Origin: Tubulanus polymorphus
Taxonomy: Eukaryota; Animalia; Nemertea
Length of the DNA stretch: 64,000 nucleotides
Assembly: GCF_964204645.1 (NCBI RefSeq)
Contig: NC_134031.1
Location: 17,925,910 to 17,989,909 of the forward strand
Direction: 5' to 3'
Positions 1 through 12,728 of the stretch are shown piece by piece. The position numbers were made by a program, and so were the translations under genes. The notes below the pieces were generated by a model, which was not told the origin of the DNA, searched no databases, and worked only from the letters and a program-made list of their open reading frames with translations. Numbering within the stretch: position 1 is the first letter of the stretch; every line of letters begins with the position of its first letter.

Positions 1-50
1 GAGGGTGCACCCCTGTATCTTACCCTTGGTGATGATTTTACATTTCATAG

Positions 51-3000
51 GCGTGGAAGAAATACTCCTTCAATTAGGGCCCGAACTTCACATGATGGTA
101 GGACCGTACGCACCAGTGGCCATAGCGGCCGCGCAGTTTCGCAATATACCATACTTTATAATCACACCTATGGAGGATACGCGCGCTGAAATCAGACGCA
201 TGAAAAACGATAGCGAATTCCACGCAGGAATGATCATCAACTTACAACCTTTATCGATACAAGCAATCGATCGAGCGCTGGTCGAATATACGAGAGCGTT
301 CAAATCGAGGAGAGTACTAATACTGGCAGACACGGAACATTTCCACGGTAAAACCAACGGTCGATTCATTTCATTCAGAGACAATATCGAGCAAGAAATA
401 CTAGACTTCATAAATGATTATTGACTTTAAATCAAAATATCCGTGATGCGGTAATAAAACGTAAAATCCAATGATTATTATTGAAATTTAGTTTATTAAC
501 CCTTTATGTGCGTTTTCACCGCAATGCGGTGTATTAATCAGTGATGGACTTTGCTAGTACACTGTATCGCAGTGTATAGATGTTATCAGCAATTAGTTCT
601 TGATTGAAATATGTCGGCATCTATCAAATAGTTGAATATTAGCAATTAACGATACGCCGCACCGCAGTGTAAATGCACTATAGCGGCATGCCTGTCATTC
701 AACACACTGTGGTGGAATTCTTTCAAATTCTCAGATTATCACCACTACTTTTGGCACTGAAAGGGTTAAAAATCATCAGAAATATTCGAAGTCGTTACTA
801 CCATCCTTATACATATTTGTGGGATTTTACGTCTTCGTAAATGATTATTTCATAACACTTTCAGAGATAACTAACTTCATAGAAGATTTGTTAAACTTGT
901 CAAACATCGACACAGTCGTACAAGCGATCATGTATAACAATATAATCAAAGTGAACAACTACAAAAACCACAAGACGACCGGCATGTTCATGGTGCAAAA
1001 AATATACACTTTCCTCGTCGAAAAACAGATCGACACGGTCGTCTTCTTTTTCACTCGTTGGAGGCTGAACATCGGCAGAGGCAAAAATCACGTTTCGCGC
1101 TGGGAGAATATCGATAAGGTGAATCGTATGGGGAAATTTCGAAAAAGCGCCGAAAATCAATGCAATCAACGCGTTTCGATTCCATTTTGCAGGTGATCCG
1201 ATACGCAGAAAGTGCAGATGCAACGTACACGTGGCTCTGCGGCAGTATGGTTAGTAAAAACTGGACGACGTATTAGCCAATATTCATGGCAGCCGATTGG
1301 GGACCGGTGAAAAAAGAATTTTCTTAATTGAAAGACAAAAAGGCCGCAATAAAAGCGAAAAACCTTGTTTTATTGCAATAAAAGAAATTTTCGAGGTTCT
1401 ATTCCAGTAACTGTTAAAAAGTCAAAACTTTTAAGTAGAAAAAACCTGTATTAAATCTGTATTTAATGATCCAACATGGCGGCTGATTCAAGCCATGTAA
1501 AAAATTGTAAAAGACTGGGAGATTTTGAGGTACGTACTTTTTGAATACCCCCTAAAACCTTTAAATAAATTCTTTTTCGAAAGGTAGGTCAGAAAATTAT
1601 ATATATCTACAGTCTTAATGCCAACTGTCTATTGAGGAGTTCATCCTCACCAGAAGTCGTAATTAAAATTTGGTCTACTACGGTACCGGATCTTTTTGCA
1701 GATAGCGACCACGCCAAGCATGGGATTATTGAACGGTCGTAAAATAGTTCTGTCACCGGTTGTGGTAGCGTATGATCGTAGCGTTTACGACCACATCGAA
1801 GACATCGATGTTTACACGACACAATTTACGTATCTTCTTCGAGCTGCTCTTCGAAAAATAGATGCCACAAAAATCACTCCGCAGCTTGTATATCGTACTG
1901 TGATCGAGGTTAGTGAAGAAACCTGAAATACGTACGTGTCCTAATTGTCACTGATCAAAATTTCAGTCAATAGGGGTCTTATCATAACTACTAAACGTCA
2001 TCCTTATCATTTCTGTCTGAAATGAACTGACAACAATATCTTAAACGAACAACAGCATCAACTGAAATAGTTCTGTCAGTGGGTGTGGAAGTGTATGAAG
2101 GTAGCTTCAATGGATCTTTACCATCCAAAACGGACTGATTTTCGATCCAGAATTAATATTCTTAATAATGAACCACATCAACTGCTAAAGAACTGTGCCC
2201 AGAATAAAAATATTCAACTCGCTAATCTAAAAAGTACTTAATAAAATAAGTCTATCATTTCTGTATGAAATGAACTGACAACAATATCTTAAATGAACAA
2301 CAGCATTGACTGAAATAGTTCTGTCACTGGGTGTGGAAGTGTATGAACGTAGCTTCAATGGATCTTTTCCATCCAAAATGAACTGATTTTCGATCCAGAA
2401 TTAATATTCTTAATAATGAATAACATCAACTGCTAAAGAACTGTGCCCAGAATAGAAATATTCAACTCGCTTATCTAAAAAGTACTTACGTAAAATGCTT
2501 CTATGTAAAACAGATACTTCAATTATTTCTAAATATAGCATGACTGGACTTATGTGATGGACGACCTGATCACTTCTCTAGCATACGATTACAGTAGCTT
2601 TGAATTTTATGACCCGTTCAGAGCACGCGCGAGAATTTCGCTGAAATTCGACAACAACGGATTAAGAACAGCGCCGATCACATTGTCAGTGTTGAAGCAA
2701 GTCGATCAAGATACAGCTCATGAAGTAAGCACCATTTTAACTAAATATTCATAATGCAGTAATACTTGCGTAGGAACTGGTCGATTCATGATTGACTCAT
2801 TTCAGTTAACATCATGGACGACGGGAGAAATAATGATACCTACGCACTTGGAAGAAAGTGACGAAAAATTCAAAGTCCTAGTTATCATTGCAAGTATAGA
2901 CTGGCCTTGTTTCAACAATGCTTTTGTCAACAATCTCCGATGAAAGACAAAACATTGCGAAAAGAAGGCCTCCCATTTGCCCGGGTATCCTGTTCTATTT

Positions 3001-6000
3001 TCTTTAAAGAGTGCCTTGATATCCTTTCACTAAAATGCCTCCACTGGGGACCAGTTTTTCAGTAGTTCCCTTACTCCTTGCCTGGTTATGAAACCTCCTA
3101 ACCATTGATGAAACACTCCGTGCCATGACAATATTTAGAGAATTCCACACTAAGTATAATGAGAAAGATAAAGCTCTTCGGCAATGAAGATGACTTTTAA
3201 GCCTAGCGTACATGGACAAAGTAACTGGCGACAATTAAGGCAGTTTTTGGCATATGAGAGAAACTGGCTGGATACAATCGGTTGTTTAAGTGTCGATGTG
3301 AGCTGGTAAACAACTGGTAAACAACTGATAAACGACGATCTCCGGTTTCAGCCAGTTGCCCATGATCTTCTTTTGAGTAACTGGTTATACTCAGTAAAGG
3401 TGATATCCGCCTGTGTCCTCTCTCTCTCTCTATTTAAAACAGGAGTATCCGTACGTAATGAATGTGAACGATTCAACCGGGAACCTGAAAGGTAACGATC
3501 TTTACACGGGACTGTGCATCGAACTTTTACGTACGACGTTCGAACTGATGAAAGACAAGTACAAACAGAAATACGAGTACGATATCGAGACCGAAGAACA
3601 ATACGGAAAACGTGACCCCGAAACGAATAACTTCAACGGGCTGATCGGGCGTGTCATCGATGAAAAAAACGTACCGGTAAAAACTGTTTCTGCGGGTCCT
3701 TTTGTAAATTTGTGTCCTATAATACACTTTTTAGACTCAGTTTTTTTAAACTCAGTTACCGCCTAATTGGTACGAATCCTTAAAAAAATCCTGGTCCACA
3801 CTTACGATTTTAGGCGTAGTATACTGTATAACTACAAACTAGACAAAAACATCTAATTTCCTATTTCGCAAAATTGAAAGAGTTTCGGGCATTTTGCTTA
3901 AATTAAAGGAGTTCGATGCACCTTTAAATGTATTTTCCATTTGGAAGGAGTGTTTAAGGAATCAAGGAGTCGTAGGGACCCTGTATATAAAATAAGGTTT
4001 GTATGAATTGAATTCTATTCTATTGTTTCAGCTCGGAATCGCTGCGCTAACGCTAACGTACGACCGACAACGCGACGTCAATTTCGTCAACGGATTCGTT
4101 TTCGATCGAATTTCGTTCGTCTACCAGAAAATCGAAGACGACGGATACTTCATACAATTCATACGACCGTTGTCGGACAGTGCGTGGCTAGGACTGTTCG
4201 GCGCCATCGTATTCAGCGCCGCGTGGATCGCCGGCGTGTTCCGATTGAATCCGACCCGCGCGCGCCGCCAACCGGACAAACGTTACACGGTTAAGGAATC
4301 GACGTGGTACGGTTTCGGAACGCTGCTAAAAACCGGCGCGCCGTTCGAACCGCGGACGTTCGAGCTGCGCGTGTTCACCGTGTGCGCTATGTTCGCCGGG
4401 ATCATCGCTATAGCCAGCTACACGGGCAACATGGCCAGCTACATGACCGCCGTCGTCTTCAAAGATCGCCAAACCAGTCTGCAGAAGTTAGCCGAGCGCG
4501 ATAACATAAAATTCTGCGTGATTGAATCGAGTTTCTTCGATCAGATGATCAGGGATTCGACCAATCCGACGTTTACGAAGATACGCCGCAAAATGGAGAA
4601 AGCGGGCAAAAACGAATGCCTCGTAGAAAACACGGCAGCTGGATTCGCCGAGGTTTTCAAAGACCCGAACGTCGTCTTCATAAATTCCTTCGCAGTACTA
4701 CAAGCACGAATAAGTACGTTATCATATAAAATATCAACCATTAAATCGGTCTCTACTTTATAAACTATAAACGGAGATAGTGAGAAGGACGTTTTGAAAA
4801 CAAAATCGTGAAAATATGTTGAGTAGTGAAGTTATCAAACGAGCCATAGGTGATAACAGGCTCAGACTTGAACTCAAAAATAACCATGCTTTATTTAGCT
4901 CCCATTGCGAGAACCGATGAGACCCCCATACTAACATTGTATCCAAGTTTCATCAAGATCAACTCGCTAGTTACGAAGCTAAGTTATAAAACATGGGTCT
5001 CACTGAAGCCCAATAGTTGTTTTCATTCACTGCACTTAACCCTTTCAGTGCGTCTACACCGCAGTGCGGTGTATAAATCAGTGATGGATTTTGCTAGTAC
5101 ACCGCACTGCGGTGTATTGATGTAATTTGTAATTATCTCTATTGAAAAATGGCAGCAAGTGTCAAACATAGTGAAATACTAGTAACTAACGATACACCGC
5201 ACTGCGGTGTAGACACACTATAGTGGTATTCCCATTGTTCAACACACTAGGGTGGAATTTTTTAGAATTTTCAAATTTTCTCCAGCACTATAGGGTGTTA
5301 ATTAGTCAGCACTGAAAGGGTTAATAGAAAAACTTAAAATCCATCATTTATAGAACTATCCATCATTCTATAGCCTGAATATGTTGATAACACAAATGAA
5401 ATGTTCGGCTTTCATCCATTTATGTTTCCTGTCATTCAGTCAAGAACAAATGGTGCGAATTGTATCTGGGAGAAGAGATGATATATTTCAATGAACTAGC
5501 TTTCATCTACAAGCGAGGCAGTACGATCGGTGACCAGTTCAACAAAGTGTTTTTCGAATACTATACTACGCACATGCTGCCGATAATCCGCAAGTAAGTG
5601 TTCTTTAAATTGCTAAAACATGGCCATCTAACGAACTTCTTCTATAACGTGAATCCATCTTCGTTCCTAAGGTGGCAAAAAGGCAGTCAAGCGTGTACCG
5701 GCAAGGAAAACACGAAGACAAAACCAGTGACGGTCAGGGAATTCGCCGGTTTAACCATGCTGTTACTCATCGGTACCGGTCTCGCATTCGTAGTCGTAAC
5801 AGTTAAACTGATTTACAATAAATATTGCATAAAACGTCGCATTTCTCTGCATGGTAAGAAATGAATGTATGAACTAGTAACGACAAACTATAATGAAAGT
5901 GAATGCTATATAAAAAGTCTATCCATATTTGCTAATTAGCAGAGGATAATCCATCGAATGAAGTGGGACCTAGTGCTCATGAAACTGAATTCCAGAATAC

Positions 6001-6189
6001 ATTGGAGCCTATCTTCCTGATCAATACAAATATCGAGCAAAAAGGTACAATCATCTTTAATCTCAGATTAACTGAAACCACTTGAAATAAAACAGATGAA
6101 TTCAAAAATTCGAAAATCATACATCGTATGTACGGTAACCATTTCTACTTTCAACAGCAAAATATGATGTCGAAGTCACCAAGATCTGA
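51..6189 (+). CDS. Divergent ionotropic glutamate receptor (iGluR/IR family), multi-exon, 5' end lies upstream of the window
   Basis: Spliced exons give an ATD-like region (MVGP...NIPYFII; RRVLILAD; YTWLCG), S1 start KFKVLVII|EYPYVM, FNGLIGRV, LTLTYDRQRDVNF, pre-M1 FIRPLSDSAW, pore WYGFGTLLKTG, gate SYTGNMASY, M4 EFAGLTMLLLIG and terminal exon AKYDVEVTKI* (TGA 6187-6189). Confidence 0.9.
496..769. mobile_element. piggyBac-type MITE (copy 1, diverged)
   Basis: TTAA|CCCTTT...GCACTGAAAGGG|TTAA termini; homologous to the copies at 5036, 9016 and 29077. Confidence 0.85.
2005..2488. repeat. Intronic tandem duplication, ~248-bp unit x2
   Basis: TATCATTTCTGT(C/A)TGAAATGAACTGACAAC...AAAAGTACTTA begins at ~2005 and again at ~2253, with high identity. 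Confidence 0.9.
4836..4975. mobile_element. Possible Helentron/HINE-like repeat fragment
   Basis: GAGCC...GGCTC small inverted repeat followed by CCAAGTTTCATCAAGATC, a motif I recall from invertebrate Helentron-associated elements; termini not established. Confidence 0.3.
5036..5324. mobile_element. piggyBac-type MITE (copy 2)
   Basis: TTAA|CCCTTTCAGTGC...GCACTGAAAGGG|TTAA; internal TACACCGCAGTGCGGTGTA palindromes. Confidence 0.9.
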
Positions 6190-6524
6190 TTGTTCGTACC
6201 GGATGAAAGCAGACACTCACGCCAAACTAAAAATTGACAGAAGTTTGCAACACAAGAAAGAACAGACTGTGAAGATTTAACTTTTGTTTGAAGAAATATT
6301 CCAAGACCTCTACTTTGGAAAAATCTGTAAAAACCCCCGAGAACTGCTGAACAACCAAAGCATAATTATTCAATATTCATATTTTTTGGAATAAAAATGA
6401 GACAAGTTGTACTTCATAGGTTAACTGAAGCATGAGCTTTCGCCACAGAGGATAGTAGCTTCAACAGGTGAATGAGTATTTTTGGGTACATTTACTTGAT
6501 TACAAAGTTACATTTCTTTCATAC

Positions 6525-9500
6525 CTTTCTTTTGCCGGTTTGGCGAGATTTGCGTCAATCTTTATATCGTAGAGAATCATGTCATACAGGAATTTACCAA
6601 CAGCTCGTACAACACCAGGACTCCACTGTTTTTCACCTACATCCTATAAACATTTAACGAAATATGTTAACACTTTCTGCCAATTTACAAATTTCCTGAG
6701 TTTTCCCTGATTTTTCTGAGTGAATCAGAGAAATTTATAGGTTTAAAATCTAACAATTCATTCGTTTTTCATTGAATCGAGTATTAATAAAGAAATTGTC
6801 AATAACATTATCCAAATTCCCTACGTTTTCCAGGGTCTTGGTAAAATTTGTCAAAATTCCTCAAGCTTCCCTGATATTTTTCTCGATTTTTTGATTCATT
6901 GAGTTTTCCAGGTTTGCCACATCAGTAACTACCCTGTTTGAACAAGAAATGAATGCCAACTGCTTTGAAAAGAATCTGTGCTTACCAAATCTGGCCCGTC
7001 GGTGGATCTGTTATAAAGGTGGGTCCACATCTCGCGATGGTTTTTGAACAGCATTTTATCAGACGAATACAAATCGATGTATTCACCGTACAATTTCATG
7101 ATCTGTGAAACAACGACCAAAACCAAATTCAGATTAAAAGCTCAATACATGAAATTTTCATAAATTTTCAAATCAATATCCAAAAACTTGCAAAAGTTAG
7201 TTAGAGTTAACCAGTGGATAGTTGACATAATGATAGTTAAAGGTTTATTGTTATCATTGTATTCACCTGCTGGTTATCTTTTATCAACTATTCAGCAACT
7301 GCAGCCCAGGGCCCAGTTTCACAAAAAGGATTAACGCCTAAATCGATTTATGATAAACTGAATCAATGAAGAAATTAAATCGATTTAAGACTTAAACCTT
7401 TTTGTGAAACTGGGCCCAGGTCTATCATACCTTTTTAGTGTGTTTATTTCTGACTTTATCCTGTATGATAAACCGATCGAGCACTTTCAAACCCAAAGCC
7501 GTCCACAGATAACCGATTGTAGGACTATAAGTTTCAGACTCGGTAGAACGAAGGTTGATTTCCTAACGCGATAAAAAGAGAAATTCAGTCAATTAGGTTT
7601 CATTTGAATAAACAGCAAAATTATATTCGCTGTTTCAGGCACTGACCTTCATCATCAGATCGATATACTGAACCGGTTCAAGCGCTTTTAAGTAGGGGTA
7701 AATCGACAAGCTGTTGTTGGCTGAAAGAAGAAATATTCCCTTAAAATATTCAGAACAATGACCCGTTCAACCATCCTTCCTCGGCAGGGATTTGAACCTG
7801 ATGGCATCGCCTAACTCAGGGTCCATGTTTACGAAAAAATCTTAAGCTAAAAACAGTTAAGATCAGTTTTGACAACATAGAAAACAATAAATAACCAAAA
7901 GCAACTAAACCAAAGTTCGAAATTAACTTTTTTGAGAAACCATGACTTACAATCAGCTTTCTGTTTGAGAAATTTCAAATTCCGGTCGAACGCCTTCGTC
8001 AATTGTATTTTCCATTCTTTTTTCCACAAACCTAAAACGTCCTTCTAAAAACGTGTAATAATTTGAGATTATATTCTGATCTTCGATTGAAGTGATTACG
8101 ACGCACGATCAGCCCACACACGAAACGTACCATTTCTTTCATATATAGAGAATACTGAGGTAGCTTCTCGATGGATTCGACCACCACACCATCGGACATT
8201 TCAATATCCATTTGAGCTTTCGCTTGATGATGCAAAACATCTTTAGGTACGACACCGCCGTATGGATTCTCTTCAACGACCTGACAACGAAAATGAAATA
8301 TCAACAGACTCCCTACAGATCAGTCATTTCTGGATATAAGGAGTTTTCAAGGAGAATATTTCAAGTTAGCGTCTGCATCACTATCGTTTCCCAGTAGGAA
8401 AGACCAGAGGGTTCATCTCTCGATAGATCAAAGTAATAAGCTAGCCCAATAAATATTCTGACTTTCAACTAATAAATTTTTATAGGAATTCTTACATTTA
8501 CCGGGTAACAATACAAAACAAGATTGTAAAGTTCTGTTAACAGGCATGGAGACTATTAAAACAAAATTCTGGAGGAAAATGCACCAGCGCATCCCGGTGT
8601 TTTCCAAGACTTGGTTCCACAGTTGTGAGTTAACTCTGAGTTAAAATTAGTTCATTTTCAATTAGTGATCTCCGAGTCAAATCTTAACACGGAACTGCGG
8701 AACTGGGTCCAGGGCTTTATCAAACTCCTTGTTTTTTTCTCTGACAGTTTTCCACAATCACGGTCACCGTGTTCGCGCGAGGATTATCATTAAACTTACT
8801 AGTTCAGCAGGAAGCGGATGATGGTACTGTTCTAGGAGTATCGAAGCGGTGTATGTTTTCGGATCGAGCGGAGGATGAGGTATAAATTCCGGTATCACAG
8901 TCTGAATGGCTTTCAAAACCAAGGTTTTCTCGGTGCCGTTAAAACAACACGAGTTTAGCATATCTCTCACGTCGTAGCCCTTAAACAACAACGGTGGCAA
9001 AATAAAGATTTTCATTTAACCCTTTCAGTGTGTCTACACCGCAGTGCGGTGTATAAATCGGTGATGGATTATGGTAGAGTACACCGCACTGCGGTGTATT
9101 GATGTAATTATCTCTCTTGAAAAATGGCAGCACCTGTCAAACAAAGTGAACTATTCGAAACTAACGATACACCGCACCACGGTGTATGCGCACTATAGTG
9201 GTATTCCCATTATTCAACACACCAGGGAGGAATCTTCCAAAATCTTTAGATTATCTCCAGCACCATAGGGTATTGATTAGTCAGCACTGAAAGGGTTAAT
9301 TATCCTAAAATAGGGATTGTCCCTGTTATCTATTTGGTTGGTAAATTTCGTTTGATTTTTGATTAAGTTTCCCTTACAGACCCACCACACCCGCCGGGAG
9401 CGAAACAGGGGGTTTGATTTTTAAATAGATTTTAACGGTTCTTTAGTTTCCCCGACTTATTTCAACGGCTTACGTACGTCTCTTTCGATATCGGCTAGAA

Positions 9501-11964
9501 TCGTTTTTGCGATGTCCTTCCTGAAGAGTTTACGCCGCGCGAGACATTCGAAGCACGCGGCGTACGACTGCAACGTCGCTTTAATCCCCGTATCTTTCAT
9601 GTCTTTGAACAATTGCTGAAGAACGTCCAATCGACCCTGAAAAGTGTCACGAAATTAAGAAATCCTACGAGCAAATGAGAACTGATGTCAAATTCTTCGT
9701 GAAGTAATGGAAATTGATTGATCGAATATTACCATTTTGGCATACGCATGCATCAGTTGATTATAAATGCTGACGTCTTCTATTTGATGAGTGGCGTGTG
9801 ATTTCAGGTGTTTCGTCATGTTGTAATAACGTACGACAGACCTCGCTTTCGACAACTGGTAACAAATTAGATTACAGTACTATAGATGAATAATAACAGT
9901 TTGAATACGATTACTCAATTCACAAATTGCAGTTTACAAAGCTTAGATTCAAAAGCAATCTTAGTTGGTAACCCATCAAGAAATTTAGACCTGGGGCCAG
10001 TTGCATAGTCACAGCTTAGACTTAAGACCAACTTAGTTCTATAGCCAATAATCTAACAACTTTGACCAGCCTCTTGATAAAGGACCCCAACTATGCAACC
10101 AGCCTCTGGACTTATGATTCAAGACTACTGTTGGTCTTTTGTCTCACAACTGCCCCCCCTCCGGTCTTAAGATCTCATCTCATTCGCTTAATCAACGGAA
10201 TTGTTTAACTTGAATAATCTTACCATCTTAGCGTGTATACAGGCATCCACGTAAGTTTTCAAATCTTTGTTGAACAACGCCCTCTTCAGATACAGTTCAT
10301 ATTCGTTCGGATCCATTTTCAGCAGTCGTTGTTTCTCGTCGCGTGTAACTTTCTGCACTTTATTCAACACGCTGGTGATCGCGCCCTGTTGCTCCTTCTC
10401 GAGCATCAACACGACTTTCTCTTTGAGATCCTCGTCGCTCATGACTTTCTCGACGAATGCGCCGCTGAGTCCGTCGTCCACAATCTGATCCGATATGTCA
10501 TCATCAATCACGGAATTAACGCGAACTGTTTCCGACGATTTGCTTATCGGATTTTTAACCTTCGTCGCGGTTTTGTTTTTCTTACGGGTGGTCGCCGATT
10601 TATCGGTTTTTAAACCTGGACTAGAATCGATGAGTGGAGTTGAAGGCTTCGAATGTTTCGCGATCGACCGCGGTTCGTAGCTACTTCTCGCAAACGTGTT
10701 CGTTTTTATAAACCAATCGGTCGGTGTTTCGTTTATGCCGAAAGTGTATTCAGATCCAGTCGATCGACTCGAGTTCTTGTGACTGTTCTGAAGCTGTTTC
10801 AGCTGCATTTTAAACGTGTCCAAACCGGTGCTGTAATCGTATTCACCGTCGGTCGACGTCGAGGCTTTCAGCGTTTCGGTGCTGCGAGATTTCGTAAACA
10901 ATTTACTCAAAATGTCGTAGCTTTTCTGACGCGAATATCGGTGGTCGATGAAATCGCGGTCGAAATGCAGAACGTTTTCGAACGCTCGGTGACCGCCGCG
11001 GTGACCGTACGGTCCGTCCACGTCGCTGGAAAATGTCGACGTCGATGACAGGACTAAATTCCCAACCGGTATCGTCACTTCATCGATCGTTTCATTAGTC
11101 AGAACTTTTAGTCGGGCATCCATGACTGGAAGGGATAAAAATATAGCATTCATTCAGAGTTTCAAGTTCTACACTGAGCTGAGATCTTATGAATGACTGA
11201 AATTAATTTGCATGACTTTTAACAGGGTTTTCATAGATGAGGGGACTGTCCCCAAATTTCCTGAGGTGACCGTTGACCAAAAACTACCCGATTAAATTAT
11301 AAGATATCTTCAGGGCTGTTTCTCATCAAGAGGTTTCTTGCACCTCTCATCTCCAGCAAGAACCACAATACACCAACCAACGAATAAATTCAACTGCCTG
11401 CCTCATCCCTGATTTTCAAGAAAAGAGCAAAAATCCCCTGATTTATTTTTCCCTGCAGGAAAAATAGAGGGAAAAATAGAAATGAAACAGGAATTCCCTG
11501 ATTTTTCCGTGAACTGTAAGAACCCTTAGATTAATATTGAACAATTGATCCGTCTTTGAAGTGACTTAACGCTAGCTAGGCGCAACTTATTTCATACTTG
11601 AAGTCTCTATCATGGAAATGCCAGACTTTTGGGTTACATAGTTGAAACGAGGAAATAGCGTAATCATCGGGAATAAGAATACCTTTGATGAGTTCAGAAT
11701 GTTGAGCTTGTAATTCATCTTTGTCGGCGAGATCCTTCGGTTTCGTAGAATACGATCTGTTGCAGTCTGAAATCATTATAAGAAAACGTTCAGTTGATTT
11801 AGGCAGCAGTAAACGTAAGTTCCAAAAGGAGAATAGAAATTTCTCAGAAAAAACTCACATGAATTATGGCCTGTAGTTGATAGTGTCCTATGACACACAG
11901 CCGAGCGCACGTCCAATAGAATCACTGCTTGGCGAATACATGACAATCTCAACACTTGAGACAT
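6525..11964 (-). CDS. POLRMT: Mitochondrial DNA-directed RNA polymerase, N-terminal half only (presequence, N-terminal extension, PPR region, start of NTD)
   Basis: ATG 11964 starts an Arg/Leu/Ser-rich presequence. Spliced HSELIK|VMDARLKVL matches human HVELLEVLQARVRQL. PPR motif YNQLMHAYAKMGRLDVLQQLFKDMKDTGIKATLQSYAACFECL, then LKAIQTVIPEF, QMDIEM..VVVESIEK, LSIYPYLKAL, REMWTHL and QWSPGVVRAVGKFLYDMI, in the same order as human POLRMT as I recall it. The last recognisable exon ends at a GT donor at 6524. Confidence 0.88.
7310..7416. mobile_element. PIF/Harbinger-type MITE
   Basis: TIR GGCCCAGTTTCACAAAAAGG / CCTTTTTGTGAAACTGGGCC with CAG on both flanks (CWG target duplication). Confidence 0.8.
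7768..7812 (-). repeat. tRNA-derived SINE-like fragment (B box)
   Basis: Minus strand ATCAGGTTCAAATCCCTGC; near-identical ATCAGGTTCGAATCCCTGC at ~47012 (+). Confidence 0.35.
8608..8712. mobile_element. Harbinger-like MITE, degenerate
   Basis: Imperfect TIR GACTTGGTTCCACAGTT / AACTGCGGAACTGGGTC followed by CAG; related relic at ~20396-20490. Confidence 0.5.
9016..9299. mobile_element. piggyBac-type MITE (copy 3)
   Basis: TTAA|CCCTTTCAGTG...CACTGAAAGGG|TTAA. Confidence 0.9.
9994..10105. mobile_element. PIF/Harbinger-type MITE
   Basis: TIR GGGCCAGTTGCATAG / CTATGCAACCAGCCT flanked by CTG on both sides. Confidence 0.65.
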
Positions 11965-12099
11965 CTCAATCACTTATATATTCATTCTGAAACAGGTATA
12001 CTAAAATTCAGCACACCAGCAGGCAGCTCGTTCACTACCATCACAGATCACCAGCTGAAAAATAACAAAAATCTGAAATTAAGAACATACAATCGGAAG

Positions 12100-12728
12100 C
12101 ACAATATTCAAGCAGGGAAACATTTTTCTAAATGGACCCTAGTGCCATCTAGTGCAATCATAAATTGTCCATGTCAGTGAATACTTGAAGTGTAGTAGTG
12201 TAGCCAGGCCTACCTACATAATAAAAAGGCAAAAAACTGTTTGATGACATTAAATACACTTTCAACACACACCTGCTGAAAACACACATTAGTTATGATA
12301 AGGTTTTTGTATATAAAGGGTAATATAAGGTCTGGTACCTGTGTTACAAATTATGTAAGGATACCAGTTTGTCCACATCGGTAATTAGTGCAACACTGGA
12401 TACTTTCACACGATGAATAAAGCGATGTTTCTAAACGTATTTAACGCTGAATCTGATAAATCTGTGAATTCAATCAAATATTGATGTATTCAGCTTCTAT
12501 TAAACACAACGAATACTCGCGATCTAGATGAGAATTAACGGAAATATCACATTGAATCGGAAAACCATCGAAAGCATGACCGAGTAACGGGTTAATATTC
12601 GTTCTCAAACCCCTGAGACTGAATCGATAATCGATGACGTCAGAAGTAAACAATAATAGCCATGTGCTTTTTTATGTAGCCGTCTAGTGGCGCCACCGCA
12701 CGCCATGATTTGAATCGAACCAGGAAGT
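12100..12728. promoter_or_regulatory. Bidirectional promoter region POLRMT/NUP188
   Basis: Divergent start codons ~765 bp apart. CRE palindrome TGACGTCA (~12635), ETS-like CAGGAAGT (12721) and CTCF-like GCCRTCTAGTG at ~12144 and ~12679. Confidence 0.6.

Noticed and set aside
2960-3234. Tc1 transposase N-terminal fragment on the minus strand (SVSSMVRRF...GTTEKLVPSG)
   Set aside because: Weak similarity, with no TIRs or catalytic region.
6120-6324. Minus-strand acceptor that could continue POLRMT (RFFQSRGLGIFLQ...)
   Set aside because: No similarity to POLRMT, and it overlaps the receptor's last exon.
10233-11048. Plus-strand ORFs inside POLRMT exon 3, and similar ORFs antisense to TRAIP, the GPCR and ZNFX1
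   Set aside because: Shadow ORFs of real coding exons.
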